NCBI GenBank assembly: GCA_051294375.1
Contig: CM119266.1
Coordinates: 10,515,571 to 10,579,570 of the forward strand
Source of the DNA: Paraspadella gotoi
Lineage: Eukaryota > Animalia > Chaetognatha
DNA length: 64,000 bases
Direction: 5' to 3'
Positions 1-11,262 of the stretch are shown here, one piece after another. The position numbers and the translations under genes are program-made. Position 1 is the stretch's first letter. Each line of letters begins with the position of its first letter. The notes under the pieces were generated by a model that was given only the letters and a program-made list of their open reading frames with translations, was not told the origin of the DNA and ran no database searches.

Positions 1-112
1 AAAATTTTTAATTAAAATCAAATTTCACGACGGAGCTCAAGATGTGTTTTATTTGCATTTTAATAATTTTTAGTTTAATTTTAAAATATTTTAATTAGTA
101 TATTTTATTCAG

Positions 113-304
113 GCGCCAGCCCACATCGAACTACTCACCAAGCTGGGATGGATGGTCGGACATCGCTGTCTCATAGAAGTTAATCGGCATGGAGCACTCG
201 GCACGTGCCAAACGGATCAGCGATGGATCTACTTAATCATCATCGCATCGCTATCGCTTGCCATGGCGCTTCTCGCCATTCGATGGGTCATCCGCAAATT
301 CTAA
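113..304 (+). CDS. Last coding exon of an unidentified protein with a C-terminal transmembrane anchor (upstream exons outside the window)
   Basis: After the acceptor ttattcAG (111-112) one frame reads APAHIELLTKLGWMVGHRCLIEVNRHGALGTCQTDQRWIYLIIIASLSLAMALLAIRWVIRKF*, a hydrophobic helix followed by basic residues. A GTAAGC...TTACAG intron (312-441) follows in the 3' UTR. Confidence 0.5.
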   Translation, partial: APAHIELLTKLGWMVGHRCLIEVNRHGALGTCQTDQRWIYLIIIASLSLAMALLAIRWVIRKF

Positions 305-740
305 TATTGTGGTAAGCATGAAACAACACATAACATAGAACGAAACATAGAACACAAAATAAATGTTTGGTATATATTTTAGTCAAAAGTAATCAATTAC
401 CTTATCAATTTGATATTAATTATTTGTTTTCTCTTTTTACAGTTCTAACGATGAGCTCATCTTTTTGCCTACGAGCAATTTGCTGCTGTTTACGGACAGA
501 GGCAGCAGCCTCCGTCAATCCGGGGAGCGTCACTCCCATTGCCAATCAATCGATCTCTTCGGCGGTCACCACGCCGAAAACGTCAAATTCCGTCATCGAG
601 ATCCCTTAAAGGAAACCATCTAATCAAAGCCATCAAATTTATTTTCTAAGTAAATAATTATTTTTAATAGCATTAATTCTATCAATATTGATCATCCTAA
701 TCGAATATACACATTCTCAAACGGCTCCATCTCCACCAAG

Positions 741-1341
741 TCATTCCTTGACAAAGGTGACAGTCTTCTCTCTAGCCATCACAGTAATGGTCCGAGTCGA
801 GAAGTCAGATGTCTCCAACGACTCGAATAGCCAGTTAAGAATAGTTCGCACGAGATCAGTGCCACCGGGGTTCAAATGGATCGCATCACGATTATACAGC
901 GGCGCGCATATACTATACCCAAGCGCTCTCGATAGGGTGAGACATCCGTGACGAACATGTATATGTAACGGGTGAACCGGACGTATCGATTTGTCGATAA
1001 GAAAGGATGCGTCGACAAAACTACCTCTATCAACCGTTAGCCGGGGGATAAGAGACATTGTAACAATGTGTACATTAGGATATAGGCTCCCGGCCAAAGA
1101 GACTAATTTCCGAAATTCGATCAAAAATGATTCAACAGATAAATCTTTGTCCAGATCATTTCCTCCTCCCATAATAACTATCGCCGAGAATTCACGAGTA
1201 TTTCTGCGCAGAATCTCGGCGGAAACGCCCGCCCGTGACGGACGTGGTGGTTACATCAGGGAGCTTCCCTTGCAAATGCCGCACATGGGAGTCGCCAAGG
1301 ATCCAGTAGCCTTTTGTTACTCCTAAATGGGTCGAGACCAT
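741..1341 (-). pseudogene. Frameshifted SGNH/GDSL hydrolase (esterase) ORF of the type carried by mobile elements
   Basis: From ATG 1341 the frame reads MVSTHLGVTKGYWILGDSHVRHL (block I GDS). After a frame change near 1230 it reads IVIMGGGNDL (block III GxND) and later RDAIHLNPGG (block V DxxH). No introns. Confidence 0.75.
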
Positions 1342-1349
1342 TTTCCCCA

Positions 1350-2205
1350 TCAACCGGTAGTAATCTGATAAGAAAAGGAAAACAAAAGGTAAATTAATGA
1401 CGGTTTATCTTTTGTTTCGTCATTGTTCCATACAAGACGGTGTCTGATCGGAGGGCCGAACAAATGATTAATCCACTCCATCGCCGCATTATGGGCGTGC
1501 CAAAACCGGAGTTCTAATGGGGTTGCACCGATGAGGAAAAACATCTCCGGTCGCACGTAGAGCAAAGAAGACATCCGACCCCCCTATGGAGGGAACATGC
1601 ATCCTCTCCACCATGATGCGTGAGAAGTAATCCACATCCAGTAAGAAGTCTGGGTGAGGGTCGAATGAACGTACTTTGCGAATGTTTTGATACATCTGAC
1701 CGTCGGAATGAATTCTATCCCAGAATCCCAGGGATGTCACCCTAACTCTGAGACGGCCCACTGCCATGTCGTCCCAGGAACGGCCAAGTCCAGTGCGGAG
1801 CGTCGCCATCTCTGAGCAACGCCCATTGTCCAGCAAAACAATGCCGAGAGCTTCGCTCGGCCACGACGAGAAGTATCTCCTCATCGCCGTGTTGTTGCAG
1901 AGGCGTAAGTCATACATCCGTTCCCAGTAATACCCAGGGGTAATCCGCATCCTGGTAATGTTAATGGCCGACTCTGTGGTCAGCATCGAGTCCATAAGCC
2001 TCGAGATGGGAAACCCATGGCACCGAACATGAGTCGGTCTGCCATTGAAACGGGTCAGGATGAACTGGGCGTAGACTTCCCTTGACGCATAGAACGACTC
2101 TATCAAATTCATAGAGCCGGTGTATTGAAACGGAAGCGTAATTCGTAAAAATATCCGCTGATTATCGATATGATAAAAATAAAATTCGAAATAACTTCGA
2201 AACAT
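1350..2205 (-). CDS. Intronless orphan ORF (238 aa, 1489-2205), probably continuing by frameshift into 1350-1574; element-associated
   Basis: Long GC-rich, normal-complexity ORF directly upstream of the SGNH ORF on the same strand. No family recognised. Confidence 0.4.
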
Positions 2206-2598
2206 ATCAAAATTAGACGAAAATTTGTATGATGAAAAAAAACGACATATAAATTTCAGTCACGTAAAAGACGACATTTATGCTGCGAAAAGTAGGAAAA
2301 TTCGATTATTATTGAATTTGGCGAGTAATCCATGTAGGTCGTCGCTCCGGCAAGTAGAAAAAATCCAAATCTCCGGCCGATGAAATAGCGATATCAAGAA
2401 CGCAAAATTAACTCGTAAAATAAAAATATGTATTTTAGTAAGAAATACCCAATAGCCCGCCCGTAACTCCACAAACGGGTCTATCATTAACGGGTATGAG
2501 AATCCTAAAAAACAGAGACGTGGTCACGCATCTCTATATAGAATCGACATATGTCAATCTATTATTTTTAATCCTCAAATGAGGTAATTTTGACATTA

Positions 2599-2727
2599 TC
2601 CCAGCTTAATGGGCCTCCGTCATTTGCAGAGGCAAATGGTCCCAGCTTAATGGGCCTCCGTCACTTGCAGAGGCAAATGGTCCCAGCTTAATGGGCCTCC
2701 GTCAATCAACATTTGTCATAGCAAATG
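2599..2727. repeat. 41-bp tandem repeat (about 2.6 copies) with internal palindromes
   Basis: Unit TCCCAGCTTAATGGGCCTCCGTCATTTGCAGAGGCAAATGG starts at 2599, 2640 and 2681. It contains CCCA/TGGG and CATTTGC-AGAG-GCAAATG inverted repeats. Confidence 0.9.
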
Positions 2728-2869
2728 CAAGGAAGCGAAAACGATTTATTATTAAAACGACCACATGCGGTAAAAAGTGCGCAAAAAAAAAGTTTGACGC
2801 TATGTGGCGAATTCCATATTATTTCATGGTAATTCTTTAACGGGGTTCATTGGTTTTTACGTCGCCAAG

Positions 2870-2980
2870 GACGGCAGTTATGAGGCTCAACGCTGAGCAG
2901 GAGTTTTTCGTCTACATTGCAGACGGCAGTTATAGGGCTCACCGCTGAGCTGGAGTTTTTCGTCTACTCCGCAGACGGCA
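2870..2980. repeat. About 52-bp direct repeat, two copies, with a GCTCA..TGAGC hairpin
   Basis: GACGGCAGTTAT(GA/AG)GGCTCA(A/C)CGCTGAGC(A/T)GGAGTTTTTCGTCTAC occurs twice, followed by a third GACGGCA. Confidence 0.85.
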
Positions 2981-3420
2981 AAGTGTCGAGCCCCTGTAAG
3001 CTAAAGCTCCCCACCCACCCACGCGGATGACAAGGACCCGTCAAGATGCTCGTTTTACATCCACCCACGCGGATGTGAGGGAGAGTGGAAATTAAACACC
3101 CCACTTAGATAATATTTATCTTACTCTTAGTTACCGTTATCATAATAAACCATATTAGCTCATGAATAACCCGCACCACATCCCCACTTAAGGTAGCAGT
3201 AGCAACAAGGCCGATGCCACCATGTCATCTTTATTACTAGCTCCTGTAATAACTGACAAATCTATTTAGCCTAATATATTAAAAGAGGATTGAGTATTCA
3301 TTATGATTATACGTAAAACAAAAGAAATAAAACGGGAGAGAATTACAAATCGTTACTCGGCCAAAATCATGACTGAAGAATTACAAGCGATCGAGAACTA
3401 AAAAGCGTTTTGTTTACAAT

Positions 3421-3779
3421 TCAGCGAAGGCCAATACTTTTGTAAATAAAGAACGAGACCGAAACGAGAACAACAACCTCTTTAATATTCTGACACTTCT
3501 GAAGGCACTGCCGAAGGGCGTTGATGAGGACTGAATGAGAGAAATAGAAAAAGGTCATAACTATGTCAATGATTAATCAATTAATTAATAAAATAAACAA
3601 ATTCTGGAAAAAAATTGTGGTTGTCGTAATCCCGAATTTATTAGGATTTAGGGGAAATCTGGGACTCACCATTCAGGATCAAGGCACCTATTGTGCCCCA
3701 AACGCCGGCGATGATGCCCGCTTGGCGGCGGAAATCCTTCTTAAAGTTCTCCAGGAGGGCGTCATACTGCTTTGCTGTT
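3421..3779 (-). CDS. 3' part of an unidentified spliced gene with a hydrophobic segment, cut by the N-gap
   Basis: Exon 3779-3670 reads TAKQYDALLENFKKDFRRQAGIIAGVWGTIGALILN and ends at a GTGAGT donor. It joins in frame to the exon starting at 3530 (VLINALRQCLQKCQNIKE...). Confidence 0.35.
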
Positions 3780-6092
3780 NNNNNNNNNNNNNNNNNNNNN
3801 NNNNNNNNNNNNNNNNNNNNNNNNNNNNNNNNNNNNNNNNNNNNNNNNNNNNNNNNNNNNNNNNNNNNNNNNNNNNNNNGCCACAACACAAATTGGGCCG
3901 AACTAAGGATTGGTTAGAAGCATCTCCACCCGTTTCTAATGATAAAATAGTACCACTTTGGCAACTTTTAGCAAAAAAAATTATGTCCATTTTTGTCCAT
4001 TTTTACTTACGACTTCTGATTTGAATGCCAAGGAAAGTTAAGAAAAATTTTTACTTTGGAAATCCGTTCTTCCTTATCTTCTTTATCCCTGGGTAAATTT
4101 ATTTGCTTAAATCATTTACAGTTTGCCTATGAATTAATTTTAAAGTTAACAAGTCAAAAAGTTGCAGTTTCAGTCCTTATATTAATTTGTTAAACAAAAA
4201 TAATTCAAATTAGTTTAAATTAACAGAAAATATAGCTTATTGAATAAGCTTTTAACACCTACGAAATTTTAAAAAAAATTTTTTTATTTAGCCACAAATA
4301 ATTTTTAAAGACAACTTTTAATTTGTGACTTTTTGTGACTTGCATTTATTTTTGATAAAGAGAATATTTTCAACTCATTTATTAGTTTTAAAAGATGGGG
4401 TACTTACTGACATTTATAAAACAAAAAAACCGCATCATTTTAACCCAATGGAAAGCGTCAGGACTTGTTTTTTCTCAGAATCGACAGATTTTGTGGAAAA
4501 TATTTTCTGCAAAATCTTTTCGATTTACTAAATCTGCCAGGCAACCAAAATTGAAATAAATCTTCTGTTACCGTTAATTTTCTTTCTTATAATGCATATA
4601 AAGATTTTTTTTGATTTGGCTCAATGTAAACATAGTGAGAAGAAAGAGAAAAGGGAGAACAAGAAAAGGAGAAGGGAGAGATTGAAAGAGGGGGAGAAAG
4701 GCAAAAAAGAAGGCAAATGGCGAAAAAAAAAGTGAAACAAATGTAAGGTGGGAAAAGAGGGAAAAATTGAAAGAAAAAGAGGGGAAAAGAAAGGGAAAGA
4801 GAGAAGAAGAGAAAAAAGGCGAGGAAAGTGCAAAAATGGCAGAAAAAGGTAGGGGCTAAAAAAATGGTAAGTGAAGCGTGAGAAGTAAGGGAAGAAAGAG
4901 GAAGAGAAAAATATAAAGAAAGAGAAGAAAAGAGGTGAAGAAAAATAATCAGGAAAAGCGTATGAAGGAAAAAAAATTGTAACAGATAATGTGGTGTCTT
5001 GCCTAAAAACTTTTATGTAAGTGAAAGACGTGAAGATTCTTATGAGGAATTCGATCTTTAAAAATCATCTGTACCATAAAAATTCAAGCATACTTTTTTC
5101 TAAAATGAAGCAGTTAATGAGATTAGATTGACAAGCATTGAAGAAATCATGTCTTACCGTATTTTTAACTCATAGAAATTTACATGGGAAGTTCTAAGTG
5201 ATAAGAAGGAGATAACTTGAGACTACCGTTTTTATAAATGAAGAAAGCTTCGTACTAACCAATGAGATCAAGAAATATGGTAATTTTTGAAGTTCAGATT
5301 TCGTTGTCTAAAGAAGGCTGAACCATAATGATTTTATTTTATTCTAAACCTAAATTTTTTGTTGCTGGAGTATGTCATTAAATTTCAACATTAATAAACT
5401 TAATATCTTCCCTCGATGACGACGACGATGACTGATTGATTGATTTATGGCAAATAATAATAATGCTAGATGATTGTTCATAAATAATTATTCGCCCATC
5501 TCAAGTCGTTCTTCCTTTAATCTCTCTGAAGAGTTATGTATTATATTATGCAAATAATTTCACCATAAGTAAACATTGTTTTACATAAAGTGTTCTTATT
5601 CAACAATTTAGGATTAGCTAAAAAAACCGAAATTATTTTTAGCTACTGAAGTATTGATGTAACGTTCATACAGCAAGCAAACAAACCATTAACCAATAAT
5701 GATACAAAGCCCTCAAAATCCATATAATCTGTAAAGAATGTAGCTCTGGTTTTATGTATCATTTTTTTACTAAAAGGTCGGAGACGATTTAAATTTTAGG
5801 CCTAAAAGATTAATTTCGAGATAACTGATTAGATCGTGTGAGTTTAGTCATTGATCCTTCGATCAAAAAAAATTTAACTCGAAAAATTGTTATCAGTATC
5901 AGCGCGTCGTAGAAGAAAGTCGTAAAATAATCAAATCAATCCACCAAGAAAATTAAAAAAAAAAGAATAGTTTTAAAAATTTAATTATTTCAAACAAATT
6001 ATTAGATTATTTGATTATTAGATTCGCCCGTTCGGCGATATTTTGTTGTTTTTTTTTTCTCTCTCTCTCTTTGTGGCATTTAATCCGCCGAG

Positions 6093-9000
6093 ATGGCTTA
6101 CCAATCTCGGGCCCACGGGGCCGAAAAGATTCGTCGCCTCCAAGATTGGGCGCGGGACGTGACTTCCGGTTATCGTGGCGTCGACGTGAGGAACATGACG
6201 ACGTCTTGGCGAGACGGCCTCGCCTTTTGCGCGATTCTTCACTATTACTGCCCCAATTTGATCGATTTCGACAGCCTCAGGTGGAAGAGAATTATTGAAA
6301 TTATGATATCTAAAAGTCAGGATGATTATTTAAAATACCTAGTATGTAAACTGACGAATTTTTAATTTGTTGAAAAATTTAGCTATTAGTGGTTAAAGAA
6401 TTCAAATAGTATACTACTGAAGAAGGTTGTTTTATTGATTTTACCAATGTCAATAAGAGGGAAAGACCGATTCATATGTTTTTTAAGTTAAATTTTTAAT
6501 GTTCAAGAAAGAGAAAGATCGAGGAGAAAAAAATCTCGTTGCTTGGTAACCTTCGTAGATACAATTATTTCCCGACAACAGTGAATTGATTTAATTGATT
6601 ATCCGGTATCGTTTCATTAGTTAACAACAGTAAGTTGACGCAGAGTTGAAGGAATACGTCAGTTTCCCTTGACCTCCACCATCCAAAGGCCCGAGGACAT
6701 CGCGGAGAACAACGACTTGGCCTTCGGCGTCGCTGAAGACCAATTGGGGATCCCCGCGCTGCTCGACGCCGAGGACATGGTCAACTACGCCGTACCAGAC
6801 AAACTCTGCGTCATCACTTACGTCTCGCAGGTTGTTGTTGTCTTTATGATTGGATGTCGTTGTCGCTGTTGCGATAGAAAGACAGCTGGTGATGCTCTGC
6901 CGGATTATAAGACGACGTGTCCGTCCCACAGGTTATAATGACAACCTCTTTGCTTTTCTGTCTGTAGTTTATTTTAACAAAATTTGAACCGAGATTGTTC
7001 AGGAACTGAGAAATGCATACATCAGAGTGATCAAACATCTACGGTACTAGGGAACCTGGATCATACTGTTTTGTATTGTGAAGGATGCTGCTCAATTCAT
7101 TGGTTCGATTTAATTGTCCGCATCCCACTTGCATACGCGCAGTACTACGCCTATTTCCGCAACAAAGTTCCCGGCAGCGTCGGCGACGGCGGAAAATCGC
7201 GGACGGAGGGTTTGAACCTCCTTCGCCCTTCGACTTCCAAGCCGAAGCCGAGCACCTCCAACACCTCGTTGACGTCCGGAGCTAAGAAGCGCGACGGTTG
7301 TGGAGTCTGCGGGAAGAAGGTCTTCATCGTGGAACGAGTCTCTCGCGAAGGCCGTATATTCCACCGGGTGTGCCTGAAGGCCAGTTTGGGTCGCTCCGAG
7401 AGTCGAGAACGGCTAGAGGAGGGGGCGAAGGTGCCGACGGTGTCCAGGGACGAGAACGTCGGCGGCGTCGACAAGGAGCGCCGAACGGGTTACGTGGGGA
7501 AATTCGATAAACCGACGCCGGCTCCGAGGAAGATAGACAAAGAGGCGAAGAAAGAAACGGCATTGAAATCTGGCGAAGATGGAAGGGAAAAAAGCGAAGT
7601 AAACAAGATAGGGGAAGTCAAAAAGGAAAAGCCCAACATCCTCAAATGGCTGCAGCAGAAATCCGAAGACCGCGACGACGACGACAAGACGACGGAGTCG
7701 AAAAAGACGACCACAACGACGACGACGATGAGCGACTGGCAAACGAAGCAATCCAAATATCTCGGTCTCAACGCCGACGAAAAAGATTTAGAACAAAAGA
7801 ACGCCATGTCGACGACGACGACGACGCCGCGGCCTCCGCTGTCACCCTCCAACTTTTTCACCGGCCGAGAGAAGGCGCTGTCCCGCGTGAGAGAGGAATC
7901 GGAAGTTGACGCACCTCCTCCACTTCCTTCCTCTCCTCCTCCTTCCGAGGATTCCCCGAGTTTGTCTTCAAGACCCTCAGCCTCATTCGCCTCCTCTTCC
8001 TACGTGTCCGCCTCTAACGGAAGCTACGGCGCCGCCGCGTCTTCCGCGTCGGCGACGCCGATTTCGGGGACTCGTCTGCCGGCCCCGCTGCTGCATTCGA
8101 CGCCGACGACGACGAACTCGGCGCCTAATTCTTTGACGCGCGGCGCCGTGGCCAGCGGCGCCGGAAGCGGGGGAGCCGGATTGAAAGTCGGCTCGTTGGG
8201 ATCGAGAAGGTCGGCCGAGGGGCGAGGAGGAGGAGGAGGAGGAGGCGATCGAGCGGCGACCGAAAGTCGAGTTTCCATCGAATCAGGAGGGAGCGATTCA
8301 ACGGCTTACTTTACGCCGACGACGACGTCGCTCAGGTGGGATGATTCGATTGATTGAATGATTGATTGCTTACTTGCTTGATTGATTGATTGAGTGATAT
8401 AATCGATTGAGTGCTATGAATATTAATTTATTGGTAAATTTATTGATTGATCTATTGATTAATTGACGTAATGTTTGCTCGATTAATTTGTGATTTTTGA
8501 TTGATTTTTAAATTTTGACTGATTTTATTAGCTTTTAATGATTGTTTGATTGATTGAATGCCGGTCGTTCCTGTCGTTTCAGATCCAACACCTCTCAAGA
8601 TTCTAGATTAGCGGATCCGAACCGGAAACCGTACAAGGCGCCCACGCCGCCGGTCAAAAAGAGACTCATTAGGTGAATGGGGCCAAATCAAGATGTAAAG
8701 AAGAATCTCATCCGTTTATTAAACTTCTTCCTCTGTAATCTTATAATCTTATGAAAATATATATCATTTTAAATTATTTTTCGTGTACCTCTCTTCGCAG
8801 CGATTGTTGAGGGTAGGTGAATGACATTGAAGGCCTCAACGCCTGTTCCAACTGGCATTAGTAGTTAATTTTTGTTCAGTAAGTATAATTAATCAGGCTT
8901 TTTCTTTGAGCAAATAAACCGAAATTTCATCCATGTACTTCTGTACATCAGTTTCCTCCATGAATTATTTTAAACGGCAAAGCGGAAAATAGATTCGTAG

Positions 9001-10883
9001 TTTTGATTTTTTTTAATTTTTAAAAAGTATTAATAGCTTTTGTTGTCTAACACTTTACATTAGAAAACTAACGTATAGATTCAACGATTGTCATATGCAA
9101 ATGATATTAAACGACATTCTCTCTCTGGCAGAGCCTCGTCGAATTGGATGGAGCCTTCCGCCATCTCCGACGAACTGGCGGCCATCGACTCTCGCCAGGA
9201 GGAGTTGGAGGAGCGAGGTGTCGAGTTGGAGAAAAGGCTGAGGAGATCGGAGAACCTCGAGATCGATAACAACCAAGTCTGGGCAGAATGGTGGGCGTGG
9301 CCGTTGGCGAAGGGGAGGGGAGGGGATTATCGGATAAGCAATCAAATGTGCACTTTGAGAGATTTCAATATAAACTTTAATAACTCTTTATTAACTCTTT
9401 GACTCAAGATTGTCGACTTATATTGCAAAATGAAACCAAAACCTTTTTTTCGTCAGGTTTACGCTCGTCAACGAGAAGAACAAACTATTCCGCCGCGAGA
9501 CTGAGCTTTATCACACGCGTCGCATGCAGGAGTTGGAAGATTTACACGCGGATCTTGAACAGCAGTACAGGTCAGAATCATTTATACTTTTTAATTTTCT
9601 TATTTTAAAGGAGTACTTATGTATAGATTCGGATGAAATTTTTGAGTTGAACTTAAAATTCCGCTTTGGATTAAATTAATTAATAATCAAGATTAAAATA
9701 ATCAAGTTGATTCAATCAATAGAACAATAATATAAATATAATAAATCTATCAATGGTTTAATCAAGTGATTAAATTAAATTGAAATTCTGAATAAAACAA
9801 ATTAATATTCTAACTGTTTTAACTTGTTATCCTACCCTATCTTAATATCCACCTATTAAATTCCTCCCTTCCTCCCCAGGACCCTCCTCCTCCGCCCCGA
9901 AGCCTCCAAAACCCCCGGCGATCGATTGGCGGAGAAGAAGATCCTCAAGGAGATCGTGGATGTCGTGGAGAAGCGGAACCACGTGGTCGAGTTGGTGGAG
10001 CAGGATCGGAGGAGGGAGCGGGCGGAGGACGAGAGTATTAAGGTGGAAGTGGATGCGGTGTAGAGGGTTGAAGGGGGCGCTTCATAAGTGGGTTTATATG
10101 GGTGGGATGGATGATATGATATTTTAAAATAAATTTATTGATAATATTTGATCAAATAAAATAGATAAATATATAAATAAATAATTAAAGTATTAAATGA
10201 ATGAATAATGAATTATTTAATAATAAAACAAGTAAAGAAATAAAAGAATGAATCAATGAATAAATGACTTGAGGAATGAACGACGTCTTCTGGAATAATT
10301 TCCCCATTCCTTCAAGGCCATGATGGAGCTCAAGGGGCTTCACTTTCTCCTTCCCGACGAACCAACGCCGCCCGCGTCCCCGTCGGCGCCGACCGCGCGT
10401 CCCCGGCGCCAAAAAATCAGCGCCTCCCCTCGCTCGAGCGTCGAAGCCTCTCCGCGCGACTCCGTGGCGTCGCGGACATCGTCGGCGTCGTCTCGCGAGC
10501 GGCGTCGTTCGGGTCGGCCGACGTCCTATCACTCGGACGGCGTCGATGCCGCTTCGGTGGAAAAATCGGATCGGTGGCGCTCGTCGCAGATGTCGCTGGA
10601 ATCGGCGTCGAAACGAATCAAGACGCCGCCGGCGGTGAGGAAGAGGAGGGCGACGCAGAGGAAGAAGGAGATGGAGGAGGAGGAAGAGAGGAGGAGAAAG
10701 GAGACGGCGAAGAAGGAGAAGGAGGAGAAGAAGAGGGAGAAGGAAGAATTAAAGGAGGAGAAGAGAAAGGAGAAGGAGATGAAGAAGGAGAGGAAGAAAA
10801 GTAAAGGAGAGAAGGGAGAGGAGGAAGCGGGAGAGAGGAAGAAGAAGATCAGCATCACGAAAAAGTTTTTTAATTTGAAGTGA
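6093..10883 (+). CDS. MICAL-L: MICAL-like protein (calponin-homology domain, partial LIM, C-terminal bMERB Rab-binding domain)
   Basis: In-frame exons 6093-6280, 6689-6830, 7143-8335, 8583-8672, 9132-9290, 9457-9570, 9880-10042, 10317-10883. CH: [21 protein letters not shown]...[13 protein letters not shown]...[17 protein letters not shown] start: [13 protein letters not shown]...FHRVC. bMERB: [18 protein letters not shown]...[23 protein letters not shown]. Confidence 0.9.
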
Positions 10884-11262
10884 TCAAGTGAACACGTGGT
10901 TTCAGATCGATTTTTCACTTAATTTTCACGAATCGTTTGATCGGAGTTAATGTTCATTTAACGAATTTAATTTAAATAAGTTAAATCATTGACGTTTATG
11001 ACCAATGCCTATTTTTTTTATCTACAAGTACAGCTTTTTCTAGTCAGATGCGATGCGATTAGTTCCATTTCCAATTAATCATTATGCTTAAATCTGAAAG
11101 TTCATTCTGATCCCACCGATTAAGCCCGCCTATACTGATAGCGAGATATCAACTAATTTTATTTCAACGAAACTTAACTTGCGAATTTACCAAAAAAAAT
11201 CTCCCAAACCAAATCCAAAAACCGAGAAAAAAACCGACTAAACCCCAAAAAAATAATAAAAA

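Larger units (their letters stand above)
420..3100 (-). mobile_element. Degenerate mobile or endogenous element remnant (SGNH ORF, orphan ORFs, structured repeats)
   Basis: Co-oriented compact ORFs with frameshifts or premature stops, plus tandem hairpin repeats at 2599-2727 and 2870-2980. No RT, integrase or transposase is visible, so class and boundaries are uncertain. Confidence 0.5.
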
